A stretch of 64,000 bases of DNA from Candidatus Multivoradales bacterium (GTDB lineage Bacteria > Acidobacteriota > Thermoanaerobaculia > Multivoradales > JAHEKO01): contig CBDCXM010000009.1 in NCBI GenBank assembly GCA_965223855.1, positions 1,792,001-1,856,000 on the forward strand. Direction: 5' to 3'. The notes beneath the pieces are model-generated. The model was not told where the DNA came from. It was given only the letters and a program-made list of their open reading frames with translations, and did not search any database. Below, piece by piece: positions 20,362 to 32,036 of the stretch. The number at the start of each line of letters is the position of its first letter. The stretch's first letter is position 1. A program made the translations under genes and the position numbers.

Positions 20362-20968
20362 TTTCAATACCGGCCTGGAAGGCAAGCCCTGGTACATGGG
20401 CGCCGTCCTCGGGCTCGTCCTCGTGGGCGTCATCTACTTCCTCGTCCATCAGTTCAAGCTCGAGGATCAGAAGACCCAGCTCCAGCGCCAGGAGAACAAG
20501 CTGGCGGAGCTGCAGCTCAAGATTCAGGAAGGTCGCGCCGCTCAGGCACAGCTCCCTCGCTTCCGCGAGGAGGTTCGCCAGCTCGAGCTCGAGCTCGACC
20601 AGCTCCTCCGGATTCTGCCGGCGCGCCGCAACACCCAGGAGCTCCTGCGCCGCATCCGCTCGCTGACCGAGCAGGGTGACTTCAACCTGCAACGCTTCAC
20701 CCCCGGCGGCGAGATCGACAAGGACTTCTACAGCGAGTGGCCGATCCAGATCAATCTTCAAGGGACCTACCACAACCTCGCTCAGCTCTTCGACAAGGTG
20801 AGTCGCTTCTCGCGCATCATCAACATCGAGAACCTGAAGATCGACCAGCTCAAGCGGGAGGGGAGTCGGCACTCGCTGTCGGCGAGCTTCCGGGCGAAGA
20901 CCTTCATCTACAAGGATCCGCCCCTCGAAGAGACGACCGCCGGGACGGGTGCGGGGGCCGGGCGATGA
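20354..20968 (+). CDS. pilO: Type IV pilus assembly protein PilO
   Basis: TM + coiled coil, ILP, FYSEWPI, GTYHNL, SRIINI. Confidence 0.92.
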   Translation: MADFNTGLEGKPWYMGAVLGLVLVGVIYFLVHQFKLEDQKTQLQRQENKLAELQLKIQEGRAAQAQLPRFREEVRQLELELDQLLRILPARRNTQELLRRIRSLTEQGDFNLQRFTPGGEIDKDFYSEWPIQINLQGTYHNLAQLFDKVSRFSRIINIENLKIDQLKREGSRHSLSASFRAKTFIYKDPPLEETTAGTGAGAGR

Positions 20969-21471
20969 AGCGCTGGTGGATAGTGGTCGTGCTGGCGGTC
21001 CTGGCTCTTCCGGCGGCACCGGTCGTCATCGCTCAGGACGACTTCGACGACGAAGACGAGACCTCGCGTCCCCGGCTGGACGAGGCGGCGATCGACGCCA
21101 TCCTCGAAGAGGACGAGCAGGTGTTCGCCGGGCGCGGCTACGGCTACGACCCGGGCGACCGACGAGATCCGTTCCGCTCGCTGCTGCGGGATCCGGGCAA
21201 TCTCGCCGATCGTGGACCCCGGCCCGATGGGATCCCCGGCCTGATGATCGGGGAGATCGACGTCACGGGCGTGTACGTGCTGCCCGAAGGGCCGGTGGCC
21301 CAGGTGCAGACTTCCGATCGCGATCGCAGCTACCTGCTGCGCGCTGGCGACAAGCTCTTCGACGGCGACGTCGTGAGCGTTTCACTCGACGAAATCGTGT
21401 TTCGTCAGATTCTCGACGATCCGACCGCGCTGACCCCATTCCGAGAAGTGGTCAAGCGGCTCAATCCGTAG
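20965..21471 (+). CDS. pilP: PilP-like protein
   Basis: Signal peptide; YDPGDRRDPF motif; between pilO and pilQ. Confidence 0.75.
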   Translation: MKRWWIVVVLAVLALPAAPVVIAQDDFDDEDETSRPRLDEAAIDAILEEDEQVFAGRGYGYDPGDRRDPFRSLLRDPGNLADRGPRPDGIPGLMIGEIDVTGVYVLPEGPVAQVQTSDRDRSYLLRAGDKLFDGDVVSVSLDEIVFRQILDDPTALTPFREVVKRLNP

Positions 21472-21489
21472 CCTGAGGGAGGCGGCAGG

Positions 21490-24207
21490 ATGCGAAGCAA
21501 CGGGAACAGATTTGAACCGGCGGTCGTCACGCTCTGCGTGGTGATGCTCCTTGCGGGGTGTGCCTCGAGCGGTCCGACGGAGATGCTCGCGACACGGCCC
21601 GAGCCGGTCGAACCGGAAGGGCAGGTCGCTAACGCGGTCGAGCCTTCGAGCGTTTCGATCGACGGCATCGAGGTCGATCAGGACGGCTCGGCGGCCCGCA
21701 TCGCCGTTCAGACCAGTGAGGCTCTGGTCTGGACGACTTATCGGGACGACCAGGGACGGCTCGTGATCGAGCTGCCGAACTCTCGTCCGGCCGACAGGGT
21801 CGCGGGAGCTCAGGCTTACGACGGACTGGTGGAGAGCCTGCTCGTGACCAGCGAGTCGGTCGCCAATCGCCCTTTGACCCGCGTGACGATCGTCACCCGC
21901 TCCGAAGCCGAGCACGCCGTGACCGCTGCCGAAGGCGGTCTCGAGATCGAGCTCGGCTCGGCTGCCGCCCTCGCCGCTCTCGCCGGCAGCGCCGCGCCGT
22001 CGACCGAGACGGTCGCCGCTGTGGCGCCGGTGATGGAAGAGGAGCTCGGGACGGTGGATGAAGCTGCGGCGGTCGAATCCGAGGTTGCCGAGGTCGCGGT
22101 CGAGGAAACCGGCGCCGCCGACACCACCGTCTGGCAGGCTGCGGACCTGGCGGATGACGCCGTGCCGCTCGAGGAAGCCGAGGCGGTCGCCGCCACCGTG
22201 GAAACCGAGCCGTGGACCGAGAACGGCCGCTCTCATGAAGCGGTCGGACAGGCGGCGACGGAGCTGCGCGACATCGATGTCGTCAGCATGGACAACAGCG
22301 TCGTCGTGCGGATTCTCGGAGACGGAGAGTTCAGCTACGAAACACTCTCTCTGGAGGCGCCCTATCGCTATGTGATCGATCTGGCGGGCGTCGCCAATTT
22401 CGCGCCCCGCGGCACCTATTCCGCAGGCGGTGCGCCGGTCGAGCAGGTGAGAGTCGCCCAGTTCAAGTCGGAGCCGACCCCCGTGTCGCGCGTCGTCGTC
22501 GATCTCGCCTACCCCTCGACCCCGGAACTGGTCGGCCTTCCCGACGGCCTGGCGCTGAGCTTCGGCGGTGAAGCCGCAGCCAACTGGTCCGAGCCGACGA
22601 CATTGTGGGAGGACGTCAGCACCGACGCCGCTGCGGAGGACGTCGCGGCGACCCAGGTATACGAGGAGGCCCCGGCCGCCTACGAAGAGTCCGAGTGGCA
22701 GGAGAGCGCCGATACCGCCGCCTTCGAGCCGGTGGTCGAATCGGCACCCATGGAGCCGACCGTCGTGACTCAGGTCGCCCAGGTGGCCGACGAGCCCATG
22801 GCCGACGAGCCGATGGCACCGGAGCCGATGATGGAAGAGCCGGTCGAGGACTACACCCCGGTCGTCGAGGCGACGCCCGAGGCTCCGATGCCGCCGCCCG
22901 CGCCCGTGAACATCCAGCTGTCCGAGACTCCGGCCGGCGACCAGTCGGACGTGCTCACGGCACGCGAGAGCGACACGGGCGGTCAGAAGGTCTACCGCGG
23001 CGAGCCGATTACGCTGCGTCTGCGCGACGCCGACATCCGCGACCTGCTCCGCTCGTTCTCCGAGTTCAGCGGTCTCAACTTCGTGATCCAGCCGGGTGTG
23101 CGCGGCACCGTGACGGTCGAGCTGACCGACGTCCCGTGGGACCAGGCGCTCGATCTCATCCTCAAGACGAACGACCTCGGCTACGAGCTCGAGGGCAACA
23201 TTCTGCGCATCGCGCCGCTCTCGAAGCTGCGGGCAGAGGCTGAAGAGGAGCAGAAGCTCAGGGCGGCGCAGGCGGAGGCGGTACCGCTCGCCTTCGTGAT
23301 CCGCCGCATCAGCTATGCCAACGCGGCGTCGATCGCCAACGTCCTGCGCAGTGGCAACGCCAGCGTCATGAGCCGCCGCGGGTCGGTTGCCGTCGATCAG
23401 CGCACCAACACCCTGATCATCAAGGAGCTGCCGAACTTCATCGACACCGTGATCGCGGTGATCGAGACGCTCGACATTCCGGAGCCGCAGGTGATGATCG
23501 AGGCGCGCATTATCGAGACCACCAAGCGGTTCAGCAGGACGCTCGGTATCTCCTGGGGATTCGACGCCATCGCCAGCGCTGCCACGGGGAACACGACCAA
23601 CCTCGTCTTCCCGAACAACGGTACCGCTTCGGGTGGAGTGAATCTCGGCACGGCCGGCAACGGCTCGCTCGGCATCACGCTGGGTAACGTGCTCAACACC
23701 TTCCAGCTCGACGTGGCGTTGCAGGCCGCGGAGAACGAGGGTCTGATCAACATCCTGTCGGCGCCCAAGATCACGACGCTCAACAACGAGGCTGCGTCCA
23801 TCCAGAGCGGTCTCCAGATCCCGATTCAGACGCTGTCGAACAACACGGTGAGCGTGCAGTTCGTCAACGCGACCCTCCAACTCCAGGTCACGCCTCACGT
23901 GACGGCGGAGGGGACGGTGCTGATGGACATCGACATCCAGAAGAAGGAGCCGCTGCTGGCGTTCGCCGTGCAGGGCGCTTCGAACGCCCCGATCTCGACC
24001 AAGGACGCCCGCACGCGGGTTCTGGTTCGCGACGGTGGCACGACGGTGATCGGCGGAATCTACGAGGTGACCTCGGACGAAGGCTCGGACAAGGTGCCGG
24101 GTCTGTCGAGGATTCCGCTGCTCAGGAACCTGTTCAAGAACAATCGGCAGAGTGAAGAGAACGAAGAGCTACTGATCTTCATCACGCCGCGCGTCATCAA
24201 ACTCTAG
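21490..24207 (+). CDS. pilQ: Type IV pilus secretin PilQ (lipoprotein, two AMIN-like domains)
   Basis: LLAGC lipobox; YRGEPITL..DADIR, VPWDQALD, QVMIEARI, LLIFITPRV. Confidence 0.96.
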   Translation: MRSNGNRFEPAVVTLCVVMLLAGCASSGPTEMLATRPEPVEPEGQVANAVEPSSVSIDGIEVDQDGSAARIAVQTSEALVWTTYRDDQGRLVIELPNSRPADRVAGAQAYDGLVESLLVTSESVANRPLTRVTIVTRSEAEHAVTAAEGGLEIELGSAAALAALAGSAAPSTETVAAVAPVMEEELGTVDEAAAVESEVAEVAVEETGAADTTVWQAADLADDAVPLEEAEAVAATVETEPWTENGRSHEAVGQAATELRDIDVVSMDNSVVVRILGDGEFSYETLSLEAPYRYVIDLAGVANFAPRGTYSAGGAPVEQVRVAQFKSEPTPVSRVVVDLAYPSTPELVGLPDGLALSFGGEAAANWSEPTTLWEDVSTDAAAEDVAATQVYEEAPAAYEESEWQESADTAAFEPVVESAPMEPTVVTQVAQVADEPMADEPMAPEPMMEEPVEDYTPVVEATPEAPMPPPAPVNIQLSETPAGDQSDVLTARESDTGGQKVYRGEPITLRLRDADIRDLLRSFSEFSGLNFVIQPGVRGTVTVELTDVPWDQALDLILKTNDLGYELEGNILRIAPLSKLRAEAEEEQKLRAAQAEAVPLAFVIRRISYANAASIANVLRSGNASVMSRRGSVAVDQRTNTLIIKELPNFIDTVIAVIETLDIPEPQVMIEARIIETTKRFSRTLGISWGFDAIASAATGNTTNLVFPNNGTASGGVNLGTAGNGSLGITLGNVLNTFQLDVALQAAENEGLINILSAPKITTLNNEAASIQSGLQIPIQTLSNNTVSVQFVNATLQLQVTPHVTAEGTVLMDIDIQKKEPLLAFAVQGASNAPISTKDARTRVLVRDGGTTVIGGIYEVTSDEGSDKVPGLSRIPLLRNLFKNNRQSEENEELLIFITPRVIKL

Positions 24208-24227
24208 GTGGATCGGGAGGCTCTCCA

Positions 24228-24776
24228 ATGACCCGTGTCAGCAAGCTGCTTCTTGCGCTCCTTCTCGTTCTCGTCGTTCCGGCGTGCGACAACCGCACCG
24301 AAGGTACGGACGGCGGCGGCGTGCTGCTGTCGATCGAAGACTTCGACGGCCTGCCGATCGTGGTCGGCGTCAACACCACGAATCTCGTGCAGATCGGAGA
24401 GCTGACGATTTCCAACGTGCCGAAGATTCCCGGTGGGCAGACGAGCGATCTCATGAACGTCGAGATTCACTCCTACGAAGTGACGTACACCCGAGCCGAC
24501 CGCGGCACCCGGATCCCGGTGCCATTCGTTCGCGGCATCTTCGGCGTGGCTCCGGTCGGTGGCACCTACACCCTCGAGGGCGCGCCGATCATGGGCCTCG
24601 ACCAGCTCGACAGGTTGCCGCTTTCGGACCTGCTGTTCGAGAACGGCGGCGTCGACACCGAGACCGGAGAATCGCGCATCGTCCTCAACTGCCGCCTGCG
24701 CTTCTTCGGCAGAACACTCTCCGGAGACGAGGTCGAAACGGCCCCCGCCTCCTTCACCATCGACTTCGTACCCTGA
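24228..24776 (+). CDS. Hypothetical lipoprotein
   Basis: GGAGG RBS; signal peptide with VVPAC lipobox; beta-rich. Confidence 0.8.
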   Translation: MTRVSKLLLALLLVLVVPACDNRTEGTDGGGVLLSIEDFDGLPIVVGVNTTNLVQIGELTISNVPKIPGGQTSDLMNVEIHSYEVTYTRADRGTRIPVPFVRGIFGVAPVGGTYTLEGAPIMGLDQLDRLPLSDLLFENGGVDTETGESRIVLNCRLRFFGRTLSGDEVETAPASFTIDFVP

Positions 24777-24795
24777 TCGGATCCGGGAGAAGACC

Positions 24796-25533
24796 ATGAG
24801 CCGCAAGAGACATTTCCTCCGTCTGCTCACCCTCGCCGGGGTGCTGGGTGCGATCGCGTGGGGTTGCTCCACCGACTCGCCGACGGCGCCCCAGCAGACA
24901 CCGGCCCCGCCGAGCGACGGCCCGCCAAGGGTCTATCGCGTGACCGTTCAGCCGCAGGCGCCCGGCGGGATCGTCATCGACGACCTCGCCAACAGCGGGG
25001 ACGAGAACCTGTCGATCAAGATTCGTGCCGTGAATCTCGCCACCGGCAACCCGGTGCCCGACGGCACTCTGCTCAACGTGACGACTTCGCTCGGCTCGTT
25101 CGATCCCGCGGCCACCCTGCGCGAGGTCGGTGTCGGCGTCGCCAACGGCGAGGCGTTCGTCACCCTCTTCGCCGACGGTCCGCCGAGTCAGCTCGGTGTC
25201 GCGACGATCGCGGCGACGCTTCAGGCGTCGCGCGGTACCGCTGAAGTGCCGATCCAGATTCTGGTGGCTGACTTCTTCACCAACAACCCAGAGAACAACC
25301 TGTCGGTGCGCTTCACCGACAACTCGCGCGGCAATCCGCGCAGCTTCTTCTGGGAGTTCGGTGACGGTGCGACCAGCACGCAGCAGAATCCTCTGCGGGA
25401 GTTCGTGGACCCCGGTACTTACACGGTCCGGTTCACTTGCTACAAGACGGTGGCCGGTGTGAGGCTGTCGTCGACCACGATCCAGAACATCACGGTTGCC
25501 GAGGAAGAAGAGCCGCCGATGGGCGAGCTCTGA
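24796..25533 (+). CDS. Lipoprotein with Ig-like and PKD domains
   Basis: AWGC lipobox; VPDGT..TTSLG; FTDNS..WEFGDG..QNP...PGTYTV PKD signature. Confidence 0.85.
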   Translation: MSRKRHFLRLLTLAGVLGAIAWGCSTDSPTAPQQTPAPPSDGPPRVYRVTVQPQAPGGIVIDDLANSGDENLSIKIRAVNLATGNPVPDGTLLNVTTSLGSFDPAATLREVGVGVANGEAFVTLFADGPPSQLGVATIAATLQASRGTAEVPIQILVADFFTNNPENNLSVRFTDNSRGNPRSFFWEFGDGATSTQQNPLREFVDPGTYTVRFTCYKTVAGVRLSSTTIQNITVAEEEEPPMGEL

Positions 25534-25558
25534 CCCGAGAAACACGAACCTCCTTGGC

Positions 25559-25592
25559 CGGCGGCGGCTTCCTAGACGGGAAGCCGCCGCCG
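25559..25592. terminator. GC-rich hairpin (terminator or attenuator)
   Basis: CGGCGGCGGCTTCC-TAGACG-GGAAGCCGCCGCCG, 14-bp stem; weak U tract. Confidence 0.55.
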
Positions 25593-25610
25593 TTCGTATA
25601 CTGAATCGAG

Positions 25611-26885
25611 ATGAAAAGGCTCGCTCTGCTCGCCGTCTGCCTGATGCCCTGGGCACCCGCCTGCGACCGCCCGACCCCGGTCGCACCCGAAGGCTCGACG
25701 CTCACCGTCACCGCGAATCCGTCGAAGATCGAGATCTTCGGCTCGTCGCAGATCACGATTCTGGCGAGGAAGGCGGATGGGACGCCGGTGAATGAGGGGA
25801 CCGAGGTCAGTTTGTCGACGAACCTGGGGACGATCGCAGAGCTGGTGCGTACGGACGCCGGCGGTGTGGCCAGGGCTACCCTCGAGGGCGACGGGAGAAT
25901 CGGCACGGCAACAGTACAGGCCTTCTCGGGTGCTGCTGGTGAGGCGATGCTCGATGTTCAGATCGGAGCGCTCGCTGCCTTCATGGAGTTGACCGCGCAA
26001 CCAAGTGTGATCCCGAGAGAGGGCGGTTCCTCGACCATCACGGCGACCGCGATCGACACAGACGGCTTGCCGATCGCAGGGGCGAACATCACCTTCTCGA
26101 GCGAGATAGGAGCTTTGGAATCAGGTGGTCAGGTACTGCAGGCCAACCAGAACGGGCAGGTGACAGATGTCGTCACCGTGGCGCCGGAAGACCTGGCCAG
26201 CCTCGCTGACGATTTTTTCCTGATCACAGCGACGACCAGTGGCGATGGAGGGGCGCCCATTGAAGAGGTCGTCGAGATTACCGTGGGCGGGACGCCGGCA
26301 ACCATCGCCTTCCAGGCTACACCGACGACGATCCCCATCAGTGGCGGAAGCGTAGGCCTTTTCGTCCTCGTGCGCGATGGGCTCGGCCTGCCATTGCAGG
26401 GGATCTCTGTCAACTTCCTCACCGATATCGGCAGCCTTGCTTCCGGAGGGAGCAGCATCATCACCGACGGGGCGGGGGAGGCTCGCGACACCCTCACGGC
26501 GACCGAGAGTGACCTGACGGCGTTCGGCGGGACCTCGTTCACCGTCCGGGTGCAGGCGGCGGGTATCGGAGGCAACATTCTCGAGAGTTCCTCGACGATC
26601 CGGATCCAGACCGGGATTCCGAGGGCTTCCTTCACTGCCGATCCGGTGGCGGACAGTTGCCTGGAGTATGTGTTTGCGAGCACCAGCACGGGGCAGGCAC
26701 CCCTCACCTGCGATTGGGTGCTGGACGGGGCTTCGCGCACGGGTTGCAACGGCTTCAATCAGACCTTCAACCAGGGTGGTCCGACGGAGAGACAGGTTTC
26801 ACTGACAGTGTCCAACTCTCTGGGGCAAGACCAGATCAATGGCACTGTCACCGTTCCCCACAGCAATGGGGACACCTGCCCCTAG
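25611..26885 (+). CDS. Lipoprotein with three invasin/intimin-type Ig-like repeats and a PKD-like C-terminus
   Basis: APAC lipobox; repeated A(N/Q/T)P..I, G.P..G..(V/I)..(T/S)..G, TD..G.A..TL; Cys-containing C-terminal domain. Confidence 0.82.
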   Translation: MKRLALLAVCLMPWAPACDRPTPVAPEGSTLTVTANPSKIEIFGSSQITILARKADGTPVNEGTEVSLSTNLGTIAELVRTDAGGVARATLEGDGRIGTATVQAFSGAAGEAMLDVQIGALAAFMELTAQPSVIPREGGSSTITATAIDTDGLPIAGANITFSSEIGALESGGQVLQANQNGQVTDVVTVAPEDLASLADDFFLITATTSGDGGAPIEEVVEITVGGTPATIAFQATPTTIPISGGSVGLFVLVRDGLGLPLQGISVNFLTDIGSLASGGSSIITDGAGEARDTLTATESDLTAFGGTSFTVRVQAAGIGGNILESSSTIRIQTGIPRASFTADPVADSCLEYVFASTSTGQAPLTCDWVLDGASRTGCNGFNQTFNQGGPTERQVSLTVSNSLGQDQINGTVTVPHSNGDTCP

Positions 26886-26925
26886 AGCAGGGAGCCCTCC
26901 AGCCCGCATTGGTGCCTCACCAGAT

Positions 26926-27322
26926 AGATAGAAGCCTCAGAGGAATACCAGATAGAAGCCTCAGAGGAATACTGTGGGAGGGTGAGTTCAGTGCGGCTCT
27001 GGATCGGCTGCTCCGGTGAGGGGCCGCCCCGTTTGCGTGCGGGGAGTGCGGATGCCGCGACTCCGCAGCGAGCCGAGGCCGAGTCGGTGCTCCTCGGGTG
27101 TTCTCGACTTCAAGGCGCGACACTTCGGGACGCCAGCAGATAGAAGCCTCAGAGGAATACTGTGGGAGGGTGAGTTCAGTGCGGCTCTGGATCGGCTGCT
27201 CCGGTGAGGGGCCGCCCTGTTTGCGTGCGGGGAGTGCGGATGCCGCGACTCCGCAGCGAGCCGAGGCCGAATCGGTGCTCCTCGGGTGTTCTCGACTGCA
27301 AGGCGCGACACTTCGGGACGCC
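26926..27322. repeat. Tandem 188-bp repeat (two copies) preceded by an extra copy of its 5' motif
   Basis: Units start CAGATAGAAGCCTCAGAGGAATACTG at 26949 and 27137 with about 3 substitutions; AGATAGAAGCCTCAGAGGAATAC also at 26926-26948. Confidence 0.95.
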
Positions 27323-27375
27323 GCAGCTCGCCATCGTATCGACGACAGCGACGAGGGAGCGAAGGAGCGTCCAGT

Positions 27376-28281
27376 CTAGATTCTGAGGGGCACGTATCGC
27401 CCGGATGGGAGGAACGAACCAGGCGGGAACTCGGCCGGTCTGCCGGCCTCTAGGGCTGTGGCAGCACGCCGGTAGTCGATCACGAACCACTGGTAGGCCT
27501 CTTCGAGCGCCTTGCGAACCGCTCGATCGATCGCATGGAAGCGCGGCGCCGGAGTTCGGTCAGGACGGGTGGACGGGCGATCGTGGGGATGCTGTCTGAG
27601 GATCGCCTCTCTGCCCAGGACTTCGTGGCCTTCGACCTCTTCTTCGATCTCGCGAACGATGGCTCGCACCCTCGCCTGACGTTGCGATTCGCTCAGGTGG
27701 CTCCAGGTCGGGAGCGGTGTGATCTCGAGGCGCTCTTCCTGTGCGAACTCGGCGTCTGGGGCGCGATGCCCGTTCTCACGAGCACGATACTGAGCGCTCC
27801 GATCGATCCAGACTCCTTTGAGCTCTCGCCCCTCCGTCAAGGCTCGTAGGCACGTGACGCCGGGCCAGTGCCTGGGAGAGGCGACGAGCCGCTCCTTGCA
27901 GCCGTGAGCCAGCAGGTAGCGAAGGCGCTTTTCCGACATCTCCCGTTCTTCGCTGAGATCGATACTCGTGTAGCGGCGCTCGAAGATGCCGCCGCGCCAG
28001 TCGTGGAGCCGACCGAGCTCCTTGGCGACCTTCGAGTGGGCGTAGCGCATGAAGTCGGCGAGCTGCTTGCCGTCGTCGGGCCACAGCAGCAAGTGGGCGT
28101 GATTGGAGAGGTAAACGCAGTAGCAGACCTTCATGCCGTACTTACGCTGGGCTCTGGCGAGGGCACCCACGACGATGTCGTTGACCTTGCGGGAAGGTCG
28201 CAGCAGGAACCGGCGCTGAACAGCGCGAGTCGTGACCTCGACAAGGCGTGGACCGGGCAGATGGCGAAGCTTGTAACCCAT
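27376..28281 (-). mobile_element. Y1 HUH transposase, REP-associated tyrosine transposase (RAYT)-like, 301 aa
   Basis: EVTTR..RRFLLRP, YLSNHAHLL (HUH), FERRY, LRYLLAH (catalytic Tyr), LVASPRHWPG. Confidence 0.88.
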
Positions 28282-28318
28282 ACTCGTCCCTTCAGACGCA
28301 AAGCGAACCCATCTCCTT

Positions 28319-28377
28319 GCAGTATTCCTGTGACACCTGCTCTTGGGGGCAGTATTCCTGTGACACCTGCTCTTGGG
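28319..28377. repeat. Direct repeat, 29 bp x2 (period 30), upstream of the transposase
   Basis: GCAGTATTCCTGTGACACCTGCTCTTGGG at 28319 and 28349. Confidence 0.95.
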
Positions 28378-28533
28378 CGGCTCCAGACTGGGGGCTTGAA
28401 GTAGCGACAGCAGGGGTGCGAAGGCCAGGGCGGCTCGCCCTGCTGTTGTAGAGTTGTCGGTCTCGGGAGTTTTCGACGTACCGCTCCTCGGCTTCACCCT
28501 GGCCCCGGGAGCGGCTGTAGCCGTCTGATCGCC

Positions 28534-29697
28534 ATGCCTGAAGACTTCACCTCCACTCAGATCGAGATGCTCGACCGCCGTTGGCGGGAGGATCCGAGCC
28601 CTCATCTGTCGCTGCAGCTGGCGGATCTCTACCGCCAGGGGGGGAAGCTCAGAGAGGCGTTGCCGGTGCTCGAGAAGGGCCTGGAGCGTCATCCGGAGAG
28701 CGTCTCTCTGCGCGTGGCGCTCGGCCGCTATCAGATGGAGCTCGGGGACCCGGAGAGCGCCGCGGAGTCGCTGCGTTCGGTGGTCGATGCCGACCCGGGC
28801 CACCTGGTTGCCAACAAGCTGCTGATCCGGGCCCATCTGGCCGTCGGGGAGGTTCAGCGGGCGACCGATCGGCTCGATCTCTACGCTCTGCTCAACGACA
28901 GCGATCCGGAGATCGAGAGCCTGCGCTCCGCCGTCGAGGGGAGGGCGAAGGCGAGTCCCCAGGTCGCGGCGAGCGAGTCGCTCACCTCGTCTCCGGCGAT
29001 CGAGCGTGCCGGTCCGGTAGCCGTCGGGACGGCGACACCGGGAGGAGCGAAGGACGGGGGCCTGCTGGGGGGCGACCTGCGTACGGTTCCACCTCCGGTG
29101 CGGCGCACTCTGAGTGGACGTTTCGACAGCGGGCCGTTCGAGGTCGGAGTACGCGCCGCGTCCCCGAGTCTGCTCGAGCTTCTCGGGCTTTCCTCCGCGG
29201 CGGCCCCCGCGACCGGGGCCGAGAGCATGGTGCGCGAGAGCCCCGGCATCGAGAGTTCCGGCATCGAAAGCCCCGGGGCCGTGGATGTTCAGTTCTCGCC
29301 GGAGCCGCCGCCGTCCGAACCTCGGCCGGAGCCGGAGGCGACAGTGGAGCCGATCTTCGATGAGCCCGCTTCCGAGATCGAAGAGGCCTCGGAGCCGGAG
29401 GGTGAGAGCGATGGCCCGACATCGGTCGACGCCGGTGCCGCCGCGACGTCGACGCTCGGCATGCTCTATCTGGACCAGGGCCACCTCGACGATGCGGAGG
29501 AGACGTTTCGTCGGGTTCTCGAGCGGGATCCCGAGGACGCGGAAGCGCAGGCGGGCCTGGCCGAGATCGAGGCGCGCCGCAGCGGCCCGATCGAGACGCG
29601 AACCGATTCGCCCGACGACGACGCAGACGGCGACCCGCGCGTGGTCGCCTTGCGGCGCTATCTCGGTAGAATCCGCGCTGCGGCGAAGTCGGGCTGA
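28534..29697 (+). CDS. Tetratricopeptide repeat protein
   Basis: N-terminal TPRs (LADLYRQGG..EA, LGR), disordered acidic linker, C-terminal TLGMLYLDQGH TPR. Confidence 0.85.
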   Translation: MPEDFTSTQIEMLDRRWREDPSPHLSLQLADLYRQGGKLREALPVLEKGLERHPESVSLRVALGRYQMELGDPESAAESLRSVVDADPGHLVANKLLIRAHLAVGEVQRATDRLDLYALLNDSDPEIESLRSAVEGRAKASPQVAASESLTSSPAIERAGPVAVGTATPGGAKDGGLLGGDLRTVPPPVRRTLSGRFDSGPFEVGVRAASPSLLELLGLSSAAAPATGAESMVRESPGIESSGIESPGAVDVQFSPEPPPSEPRPEPEATVEPIFDEPASEIEEASEPEGESDGPTSVDAGAAATSTLGMLYLDQGHLDDAEETFRRVLERDPEDAEAQAGLAEIEARRSGPIETRTDSPDDDADGDPRVVALRRYLGRIRAAAKSG

Positions 29698-29714
29698 GTC
29701 GCCGGAGGTCACCT

Positions 29715-30068
29715 ATGTTTCGAGAGCGCTTGAACGATCTACGCCGGCAGGTCCCCGAGGCCGAGGCCGTCTGCCTCGTCGCCGAGGACGGGATCGCCGT
29801 CGAATCGGTAGGAGGCGACGACCTCGATCTGGAGGTGCTGGCTGCGGAGCTCGTGGCGATGGCTCGTGCGGTCTCGAGCGAACAGCGCGGCCTCGGAATC
29901 GGCGAGGCCGCAAGGCTCGAGCTCGACACGCCGAAGTACGGCGTGCTGCTGAACCAGCTGCAGGCCGGCTACTACCTGATCGTGGTGACGGCACCCGGAG
30001 CCTTCGCCGGTAAGACCCGCTTCGAGGCGCGCCGGGCGGCTCTGACGTTCGAAGACGAGCTGATTTGA
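29715..30068 (+). CDS. Roadblock/LC7 domain protein (MglC-like)
   Basis: [15 protein letters not shown]; position between pilQ region and accB. Confidence 0.8.
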   Translation: MFRERLNDLRRQVPEAEAVCLVAEDGIAVESVGGDDLDLEVLAAELVAMARAVSSEQRGLGIGEAARLELDTPKYGVLLNQLQAGYYLIVVTAPGAFAGKTRFEARRAALTFEDELI

Positions 30069-30147
30069 GGACCCCAGCGGCTTTGCGGTCTCCGTACCGG
30101 CGTCGTACGGCGGAGACGGCAGAGCGCTCCATTCCCGGAGGAAACCC

Positions 30148-30645
<498 letters not shown>

Positions 30646-30686
30646 GGCAGCCGCCTCGGCCGCCGTAGAGACGGGGAAGCGCCTCC

Positions 30687-32032
<1,346 letters not shown>

Positions 32033-32036
<4 letters not shown>

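Noticed and set aside
26926-27322. CRISPR array
   Set aside because: The 24-nt motif recurs only three times, spacing is 0 or about 164 nt, intervening sequences are near-identical, and there are no cas genes
28282-29712. N-terminal extension making the transposase 778 aa
   Set aside because: Antisense to the TPR gene and runs through the 30-bp repeats; the transposase motif begins at ATG 28281
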